From Thermodesulfobacteriota bacterium (GTDB lineage Bacteria; Desulfobacterota_D; UBA1144; Nemesobacterales; Mycalebacteriaceae), in NCBI GenBank assembly GCA_965198945.1, contig CBDAQI010000001.1, forward strand, positions 224,001 to 288,000: a stretch of DNA of 64,000 nt. Direction: 5' to 3'. The position numbers and the translations under genes were made by a program. The notes under the pieces are model-generated. The model had not been told where the DNA came from. It did not search any database and was given only the letters and a program-made list of their open reading frames with translations. Every line of letters starts with the position of its first letter. Position 1 is the first letter of the stretch. Shown here piece by piece: positions 50,592-58,526 of this stretch.

Positions 50592-51212
50592 ATGATTGAG
50601 CCTTCAATCAAAAGAGCGTCTTTCTTTATTGACGGACAGAACCTTTTTCCCGGCGTAAAAGAAGCGTTCGGCTACCCATACCCAAACTACAACATCAAAA
50701 AACTGTCGGAGAAAATCTGTGAGATTCACAAATGGGAAATAAAGGACATATCTTTTTACACCGGAATTCCGGATGAAAAAATCAGCCCGGACTGGCATTA
50801 TTTTTGGACCACAAAAATGTCAGTAATGGGCAACATGGGAATCAAAACCTTCTCCAGAAAACTACAATACTCCAATGTAAGCAATGACCGTTCAGATCCG
50901 ATTCTGGCGGGAAGGGAAAAAGGAATTGACATACGAATTGCTCTTGACGTTACCCGGACGGTTTTTGAAGATGGTTGCGATGTTGCAATTATCTTCAGTC
51001 AGGACCAGGATTTATCCGAAGTTGCAAAAGAAGTAAGACACATTTCAAAACGCGAAAAACGCTGGATTAAAATTGCAAGCGCATTCCCGGTGAGTCCGAC
51101 AAGTAAAAACAATCGTGGAATCAACAACACGGATTGGATAAAAATTGAAAGAAAAATTTATGATGACTGTATTGACACAAGAGACTACAGACCAAAAAAA
51201 GGAACAAAATAA
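50592..51212 (+). CDS. NYN domain (LabA/DUF88, PIN-like) nuclease
   Basis: FIDGQNL, FYTG, REKGIDIRIALD, FSQDQDL. Confidence 0.9.
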   Translation: MIEPSIKRASFFIDGQNLFPGVKEAFGYPYPNYNIKKLSEKICEIHKWEIKDISFYTGIPDEKISPDWHYFWTTKMSVMGNMGIKTFSRKLQYSNVSNDRSDPILAGREKGIDIRIALDVTRTVFEDGCDVAIIFSQDQDLSEVAKEVRHISKREKRWIKIASAFPVSPTSKNNRGINNTDWIKIERKIYDDCIDTRDYRPKKGTK

Positions 51213-52783
51213 TGTCTTTACAGGAAATAAACAAAAGCATTGGAGGATTTTTTGAAGAATGGAAATCCTTACAGCCTCTCAAGCCGGAGTATAAGGAGCG
51301 GCTTAACAAAAAAATCCGGCTGGAGTGGAACTACAACTCAAATCATATTGAAGGTAACACGCTGACTTACGGAGAGACCGCCGCTTTAATACTTGAGGGA
51401 AAAGAGGAGGGAATTCATCCAAAACGCGATTATATGGAAATGAAAGCGCACGATTTGGCTATAGAAAAAGTCAGGGAATTTGCGGCGGACAAAGACAGAA
51501 AACTTACGGAATCCGACATTCGGGGTTTGAACAAACTTATTCTCAAAGAGCCGTTTTGGGCGGAAGCCATAACCGCTGAAGGACAGAAGACCCAGAAAGA
51601 GATTATTCCCGGAATATACAAAACACAGCCAAATCATGTGAGGATGGAAACGGGGAAAATTTTCAAATTTGCCGAACCGCATGATGTTCCCGCAAAAATG
51701 AAAGAACTGGTGGAATGGTTTGATAGGGAAATGCAAGATCCGCCCCTTGCGGTTTCCTCTTTTCTTACGGAGCTACACCACCGTTTCATTCTCATTCATC
51801 CGTTTGATGACGGGAACGGACGCATAGTCCGTTTGTGGATGAACTATGTTTTATTGAGACTCGGCTACCCGCCCCTGGTGATAAAAAGCGAGGATAAAAA
51901 AAATTACTTTGCAGCTTTACAAAAAGCGGATGGCGGAGATATGGATATCCTTGCCGTTTATCTTGGAAATGTTTTGATTGATTGGCTGGATATTGGGATT
52001 AAAGCGGCGAAGGGAGAAAATATAAAGGATGTCACAGACGTCGACAAAGAATGGTCTATTTTTGTTGCCAGTGAAAAAAATAAAGGATTGAAAAATACAG
52101 GTGATTTCATATCTTCATCAAACGTGGAACAAATATGCGAAGAATATCTGACACCGTTTCTTAAAAATTTCGAGAAAGAATTTAGGCAGTTCTATGAAGT
52201 TTTTGCGGAAAGAAAGATTCATGTTCTGTCAAGCCCTTGTTATGAAGAAGAAAAAGAGCAAATCAACCCTCAATCATTTCGAAAAATTCATAACAATATG
52301 TTTTTCCCTTCCATATCAAACTCATTACTGAATTCTTTGTTTAATGCACCTCTTGATACTTTTATAATTGTTTCGGAAGACAGGAAAGAGACAGGTTGGG
52401 AAAAAACATTTAAAAATTTCATGGTTGGGACAAATTGGAGCAGAAAAAAAGAAAGGATTATTAGATTGAAATTACTTTGCAATGGATACATGGGAGAATG
52501 TCATAAGGTTTTTGATATCGATTCTGCTTTATTCATAGAAACCAGCGATTTTGAATATAGAACATGGATAGAAATATGCAACAAAAGAGCAATCAAAACC
52601 ATAAAAAAACAACAGATAAAAAGACAAAGATATATTCTCATTCATGGTCAAAAGAAGAAATGGACAAATTTATATTCAAAGCAAAAGAAAATCTTAATGA
52701 AATTATTAAGGAATCTATTAAGAACAAAGGGGAAAAATAAGAAAGGCAAAAATGAAACTGCAAACTTACAAATTATCCGATGA
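51212..52783 (+). CDS. Fic family protein (C-terminus probably frameshifted)
   Basis: SNHIEGNTL inhibitory motif, HPFDDGNGRIVR. Confidence 0.88.
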   Translation: MSLQEINKSIGGFFEEWKSLQPLKPEYKERLNKKIRLEWNYNSNHIEGNTLTYGETAALILEGKEEGIHPKRDYMEMKAHDLAIEKVREFAADKDRKLTESDIRGLNKLILKEPFWAEAITAEGQKTQKEIIPGIYKTQPNHVRMETGKIFKFAEPHDVPAKMKELVEWFDREMQDPPLAVSSFLTELHHRFILIHPFDDGNGRIVRLWMNYVLLRLGYPPLVIKSEDKKNYFAALQKADGGDMDILAVYLGNVLIDWLDIGIKAAKGENIKDVTDVDKEWSIFVASEKNKGLKNTGDFISSSNVEQICEEYLTPFLKNFEKEFRQFYEVFAERKIHVLSSPCYEEEKEQINPQSFRKIHNNMFFPSISNSLLNSLFNAPLDTFIIVSEDRKETGWEKTFKNFMVGTNWSRKKERIIRLKLLCNGYMGECHKVFDIDSALFIETSDFEYRTWIEICNKRAIKTIKKQQIKRQRYILIHGQKKKWTNLYSKQKKILMKLLRNLLRTKGKNKKGKNETANLQIIR

Positions 52784-53992
52784 AAAAGTATTTTCTTTTG
52801 CCAATGGTCTTTGGAAGGGGAAAAAGGCGCCTTTTACAAAAGTTTCAGTAATCAGAAACACAAACTTTAGAAACAACGGAAAGATTGACTACTCAAACAT
52901 TGCCAATTTTGATGTTGAAACCAAGCAATATGAGAAAAGAAAACTTGAATACGGAGACATAATAATTGAGCGTTCTGGAGTAGGCCTTCACAACCCGTTG
53001 GTAGAGTTTGTTTCTTCAACAGTGAAGGGAAAGAAGATTTCAGCTTCAGTAATTTTACAACTAGGCTTCGCATTGTTGACTCATGCCTCTTTAATTCTCT
53101 TTTTGTTCATTACTTCCTACTAAACACATACAACAAAGGAGAAACCAATAAACTCCAAAACAAAACAACAGGCATAAGAAATCTGGACTTTAATAGATAC
53201 AAAGAAATAGAAATTCCTTCTCCTCCACTCTCCGAACAAAAAAGAATCGCCAAAACTCTCTCAACAATTCAGAATGTCATTGAAACACAAGACAAAATCA
53301 TCGCCAATGTTCGGGAACTCAAAAAAACCACAATGGAAAAGGTTTTTACAAAAGGATTGAACGGTGGAAAGACAAAGCAAACGGAAATTGGGGAAATGCC
53401 GGATGGGTGGAAACTATACACAATAGACAATCTATTTGAAATGAAACAAGGCAAATCTCTCTCCGCCAAAAAACAAACAGGAAAATATCTGAAACCTTTC
53501 TTGCGAACTTCCAATGTTTTGTGGGGAAAGTTATATCTTTCAAAAGTAGATGAAATGGACATACTTCCCGAAGAAACAAAATTGCTTGAGTTGAAAGAAA
53601 ATGACCTGCTTGTATGCGAAGGTGGAGAAATAGGACGCACAGCAATATGGAAATGTGAAATGGGAGAATGCTATTATCAAAACCATATCCATCGTCTGCG
53701 GTCTAAAAAAGACAGAATTTCCCAAGTTTTCTATATGTTTTGGTTGCAATTCGCCATTCAAATGAATAGCATTTATGGGACTTTTGGAAACCGAACAACT
53801 ATTCCAAATTTATCAGGAAAGACCTTATCAAAGTTTGTTTTGCCGCACCCAATTTTCAACGAACAAGAACGAATCGCCGAAATTTTACAATTCATTGACA
53901 GAAAAGTTGAACAACACCGAGACAAGAAAAACTCATTGCAGGATTTATTCAAAACTATGCTGAATGAATTAATGAAAAAAGGCTTGAAATAA
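52752..53992 (+). pseudogene. hsdS: Type I R-M specificity subunit HsdS, 1-nt frameshift near 52985
   Basis: ERSG.G then other frame SQPVGRV...IPSPPLSEQKRIA...TEIGEMPDGW...EQERIA..L. Confidence 0.88.
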
Positions 53993-54354
53993 TGCTGTAT
54001 AAGACTGTTAAAAATGTAGATATGAATTTTTCAGAAGTTACATATATTGGTTTTGACGAACAGAATACTACTTACAGTTTTAAGGTTTTCTGGGAAAGTT
54101 TGCAAAACGCCCGGATACTTCCTAATCCGGTCAGCGCCTATTCGGTTGATGGGCAAGCTAAAGTTAAAGATTTGCCCGATGAGATAAAGGAAAAAATTTA
54201 TTCTGCTGTCAAAGCAAATGTTTTTTCAGAAAAAGATGTTTGGGAGCGCAGATATTTTGCCTTCCACATTATAATAACAATTTGGCAAAAAAAGATTGGT
54301 CTGATAACTCTTTTTGTTGTGGTTTTAAACACCATAATAGGACTCTGCGGATAA
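53992..54354 (+). CDS. Hypothetical protein with C-terminal hydrophobic segment
   Basis: 120-aa ORF overlapping hsdS stop (TAATG). Confidence 0.55.
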   Translation: MLYKTVKNVDMNFSEVTYIGFDEQNTTYSFKVFWESLQNARILPNPVSAYSVDGQAKVKDLPDEIKEKIYSAVKANVFSEKDVWERRYFAFHIIITIWQKKIGLITLFVVVLNTIIGLCG

Positions 54355-54392
54355 ATATCTTCAATGAAAACGTAATTCTATAAATGTAACCC

Positions 54393-57320
54393 ATGCCCTC
54401 CCTAACATCCGAAAGAGAAAGCGTTCAGGAACCGCTGATTAAATACGCCTCTGAAATCGGCTGGAAAATCGTCTCCCGCGAGGAAGCCGAGAGTCTTCGC
54501 GGCGGAACTCAAGGACTTCTTTTTTCCTCCGTCTTCAAAGAAAAACTAATTACCCTCAATCCGGGACTCATTGATTCCGAAAACGCGCGGGTAGTCATTC
54601 AGTCAATGGAATCCGTCCGTTATGACATCAGGGGAAATAAAGACGCGCTCAGTTGGATGCGCGGGCAGAAAAGCATTTACAGCGAGAAAGAAAAACGGGA
54701 ACTCACCATCTCCGTCATTGATTATCAAAATCCCGATAACAACACCTTTCAAGTTACCGATGAATGGGAAACCGCCGCGCAAAAACCGCATCGCGCCGAT
54801 GTGATGTTTCTCATTAACGGCATTCCGGTTGCAATCGTGGAAACAAAAAGCGCCAGAAAGAAAGAACCGATTTGGGATGGACTGACTCAAATAAGACAGT
54901 ATCACAAAGACACCCCCGCAATGCTCGCCCTGCCTCAAGTGTTTGATATAACGGATGTGCTCGGATTCCATTACGGGGCCACATGGAATACCGAAGTAAA
55001 ATCAGTTTTCAACTGGAAAGATGAACAGGACGGCAACTTTGAAAAGAAAGTAAAGGCATTTTTTGACAGGGAAAGATTTTTGAAACTGCTTGAGAGATGG
55101 ATTCTGTTTTTTCAAAAAGACGATGAACTCAGAAAGACCGTCCTCAGACAGCACCAGACACGCGCCGTGGAAAAAATAGAAAACAGATGTGCGGACATAA
55201 AGAAAACGCGCGGTCTGATATGGCACACGCAAGGGTCGGGCAAGACCTTTACGATGATAAAAGCCGCCGAACTTGTGTTTAAGAGCAAAACCGCGCTCGG
55301 AGACCCGACCGTTATTTTGATGATAGACAGAAATGAACTTCAGGGGCAGCTGGCGGGCTGGCTTGAGTCTCTTTCTTACGAAGGCGGAATTACCGGAGTA
55401 AATATAAGACCGGCGAAAACAAAAAATGATTTGCGGGAAATCCTGAAATCTGACTTCAGAGGCCTTGCGGTTTCAATGATTCACAAATTTGATGACATGC
55501 CCGCGAACATAAACAAGAGAGAAAACATATTTGTTTTTATTGACGAAGCGCGCCGCAGCGTTGAGGGAGACTTCGGAAACTACCTGACCGGAGCGCTTCC
55601 GAACGCCACTTTTATCGGGTTCACCGGAACACCGGTGGACAAAACCCAGTATGGAAAAGGAACTTTCAAGGTTTTCGGCAAAGACGATGAAAAAGGGTAT
55701 CTGGACAAATACTCCATAATGGAATCCATCAAGGACGGCACAACAGTTGAACTGAAATACAAACTTGCTCCCGTGAAAATGAGGGTTCCCGAAGAAACTC
55801 TGGAAAGAGAGTTTCTGCAAATGGCGGAAACAGAAAGGCTTAACGATATGGAAAAATTGAACAGAGTTCTTGACAGAGCCGTAACTCTGAAAAATTTTCT
55901 GAAATCGGAGGAAAGGATAACTCTTGTGGCAAAGTATGCCGCCGAACACTTCAAGGAAAACGTTCTGCCGCTGGGATACAAAGCGTTTTTTGTGGCTGTT
56001 GACCGCGAGGCGTGCGCCCTTTACAAAAGAGAGTTTGACAGACTTCTTCCGCCCGAATCGGTAAAAGCGGTTTATACACAATCACAGCATGACACGGAAA
56101 CTCTACCGCTTGTGGCGGAATACCAGTTGTCCGGAGACGAGGAAAAATCACTGCGCAAAGAGTTTCAAAAACCCGGCAGAGACCCGAAACTGTTTGTCGT
56201 GACAGACAAACTGCTGACCGGTTTTGACGCCCCGATTCTGTATTGCATGTATCTTGACAAACCCATGCGCGACCATGTTCTGCTTCAGTCAATAGCGCGA
56301 GTTAACAGACCGTATTCATTTGAAGAAAAAGAAAAACCGCACGGTTTGATTGTGGACTTCGTGGGCATTTTGAACAGCATGAAAAAAGCGCTCGCTTTTG
56401 ATTCAAAAGATGTGAGCGGAGTCATAGAAGATATTGATATTTTGTTTGAAAGTTTCGGAGAAAAAATGAAAGAGGCGCGGGGCTGGCTCAAAATCACAGA
56501 TGGGTTGCGGGAAGACAAGGCGATTGAAAAAATCATTGAACACTTCTCGGACAAAGGCAGAAGAGACAAGTTCATTGAGTTTTTCAGGGAGACCCAGTCT
56601 CTCTACGAAATTCTCTCACCCGACGGCAAACTGGCGCAGTTCCTTGAAGGCTATAAAAATCTTTGCGGGGTGTATGAAATAGTGATGAAAGAATTTGAAA
56701 GAAACGAGCTGCCGGTTGAATATAGACAGTTTCAGAAAAAGACCGAAGAACTTATAAGGGACAAGGTCGGCGCTTATACGACTGAAGAAAAAGAGACTGA
56801 AACCGCCGTCAGTGAAAAAACCCTTGAAGAAATTACAAAAAGCGGAAAAAGCGACGAGGTCAAAGTTCACAACCTGCTGAAATTGATTGAAAAACTTAAT
56901 GCCGAACTGGAAAAAATTTTAGGACTGTCACCAATGTCTGAAAAGGCGCGGAAGTTAAGAGAAAAATATGAGAAAAACCTTGCCGGAGCGAGAGAAACGG
57001 CGGAGGAACTAAACCGGCTTTTAAGAGAAGGCCTTGAAACCAAAGCAAGATCTCAAGAAAGCGGCAAATCACCGGTTCAGTTTGTTTTCTGTCTCACACT
57101 TGAACGGGAGGGGGACACAAAAGCCGAAAAAACCGCCGCAGAGGTGGAAAAGCTTTTCAATCAGTTTCCAAACTATATTGATAACGGTCATCAGAAAAGA
57201 TCTCTGAAATCAGCCCTCTACAAAGTAGTCGGCGCCGCCGTCGGAAAAGAAAATGAAAGCGATGTAATATGGGAGATAATGAGCCTTTATGAGCGTGTCA
57301 AAAAAGAAATTCAGGGATGA
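54393..57320 (+). CDS. hsdR: Type I R-M restriction subunit HsdR (motif II DEAR variant)
   Basis: RAD..INGIP..ETK, HTQGSGKT, DEARRS, FTGTP, LTGFDAP, Q.IARVNR. Confidence 0.93.
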   Translation: MPSLTSERESVQEPLIKYASEIGWKIVSREEAESLRGGTQGLLFSSVFKEKLITLNPGLIDSENARVVIQSMESVRYDIRGNKDALSWMRGQKSIYSEKEKRELTISVIDYQNPDNNTFQVTDEWETAAQKPHRADVMFLINGIPVAIVETKSARKKEPIWDGLTQIRQYHKDTPAMLALPQVFDITDVLGFHYGATWNTEVKSVFNWKDEQDGNFEKKVKAFFDRERFLKLLERWILFFQKDDELRKTVLRQHQTRAVEKIENRCADIKKTRGLIWHTQGSGKTFTMIKAAELVFKSKTALGDPTVILMIDRNELQGQLAGWLESLSYEGGITGVNIRPAKTKNDLREILKSDFRGLAVSMIHKFDDMPANINKRENIFVFIDEARRSVEGDFGNYLTGALPNATFIGFTGTPVDKTQYGKGTFKVFGKDDEKGYLDKYSIMESIKDGTTVELKYKLAPVKMRVPEETLEREFLQMAETERLNDMEKLNRVLDRAVTLKNFLKSEERITLVAKYAAEHFKENVLPLGYKAFFVAVDREACALYKREFDRLLPPESVKAVYTQSQHDTETLPLVAEYQLSGDEEKSLRKEFQKPGRDPKLFVVTDKLLTGFDAPILYCMYLDKPMRDHVLLQSIARVNRPYSFEEKEKPHGLIVDFVGILNSMKKALAFDSKDVSGVIEDIDILFESFGEKMKEARGWLKITDGLREDKAIEKIIEHFSDKGRRDKFIEFFRETQSLYEILSPDGKLAQFLEGYKNLCGVYEIVMKEFERNELPVEYRQFQKKTEELIRDKVGAYTTEEKETETAVSEKTLEEITKSGKSDEVKVHNLLKLIEKLNAELEKILGLSPMSEKARKLREKYEKNLAGARETAEELNRLLREGLETKARSQESGKSPVQFVFCLTLEREGDTKAEKTAAEVEKLFNQFPNYIDNGHQKRSLKSALYKVVGAAVGKENESDVIWEIMSLYERVKKEIQG

Positions 57321-57600
57321 AGTCGCGTTTTGGAGCGCAAAAATCAACGTTTGTCCGAAACGGATAACCGTGAGAGATATGACGCGCAAATGGGGCTCCT
57401 GCTCAACAGAAGGACGGGTCAGTTTCAACTCGGAACTTCTGAACAAACCTAAATGGTTCAGACATTTCGTCATAGCGCACGAACTTCTGCATCTGAAAAT
57501 CCCCAATCACGGAAAACTGTTCAAACAGATTTTGAGCGCTCATATTCCGCAATGGCGCGAAATAAAGGACTCCCAAACATTGCGCCGCAGGGAGCGGTGA
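57289..57600 (+). CDS. YgjP/M48-like metallopeptidase (DUF45), short
   Basis: KWGSCS, HELLH...NH; typical hsdR neighbour. Confidence 0.85.
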   Translation: MSVSKKKFRDEVAFWSAKINVCPKRITVRDMTRKWGSCSTEGRVSFNSELLNKPKWFRHFVIAHELLHLKIPNHGKLFKQILSAHIPQWREIKDSQTLRRRER

Positions 57601-57645
57601 TTATACTATCCGGTGTGGTATTGAACCACGGAGGAAAATAAGAAT

Positions 57646-58503
57646 ATGAACACTTTGAAAAGCGTTGTTTTACTCGCCGTTCTGTCGGCAATTCTTGTCT
57701 GGGCGGGCGGAACTTTCGCGGGACAGCAGGGAGCGGTTATCGCGCTTGTTTTCGCGGGGATTATGAACTTCGCAAGTTTCTGGTGGAGCGACAAAATCGT
57801 TCTGAAAATGTATCGCGCTCAGGAAGTTGACGAAAGTTCCGCACCCGAACTCTACGCCGATGTGCGCGAACTCTCTCAGAGCGCGGGTCTTCCGATGCCG
57901 AAGGTTTACATAGTTCCCGAACAGTCGCCAAACGCATTTGCAACCGGAAGAAGCCCCTCTCATTCGGCCGTAGCCGTAACTCAAGGGATAGTAAAACTTC
58001 TCAACAGGTATGAACTCAAAGGCGTTCTCGCACATGAGCTCGCACATATAAAAAACCGTGACATACTTATCGGCTCAGTCGCCGCCACGATAGCCGCCGC
58101 AATAAGCTACATAGCCTGGATGGCTCAGTTTGCGGCAATCTTCGGCGGCGGAGGCGGAAGAGACGGCAGAAACAACGTCTTCGTCCTTCTCGCAATGGCG
58201 ATAGTGGCACCGCTTGCGGCCACCATAGTTCGCCTCGCCATATCACGCACAAGGGAGTTCGGAGCGGACAGAGAGGGAGCGGCAATATGCTCAAACCCGA
58301 TGTATCTTGCGGACGCACTGCGAAAAATGGACAACTTCGCAAAAAGGATTCCACTCAATGTAAGCGAACAGGCGGCGGAAAGCACATCCCATATGATGAT
58401 TGTAAGCCCCATGATAGGCGGCAGTTTCGCAAAACTGTTCAGCACACACCCGCCCACCGAAGAGCGCATAGCCCGCCTTGAAGCGATGACCTCGTTCGGA
58501 TGA
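57646..58503 (+). CDS. htpX: Zinc metalloprotease HtpX
   Basis: PNAFATGR, HELAH..NRD, SRTREF.AD, STHPP. Confidence 0.96.
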   Translation: MNTLKSVVLLAVLSAILVWAGGTFAGQQGAVIALVFAGIMNFASFWWSDKIVLKMYRAQEVDESSAPELYADVRELSQSAGLPMPKVYIVPEQSPNAFATGRSPSHSAVAVTQGIVKLLNRYELKGVLAHELAHIKNRDILIGSVAATIAAAISYIAWMAQFAAIFGGGGGRDGRNNVFVLLAMAIVAPLAATIVRLAISRTREFGADREGAAICSNPMYLADALRKMDNFAKRIPLNVSEQAAESTSHMMIVSPMIGGSFAKLFSTHPPTEERIARLEAMTSFG

Positions 58504-58526
58504 AGTAGTGTAAAATTAACCGCGTT

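Noticed and set aside
46810..57645. att sites or integrase for the R-M island
   Set aside because: No convincing flanking direct repeats or recombinase found by eye
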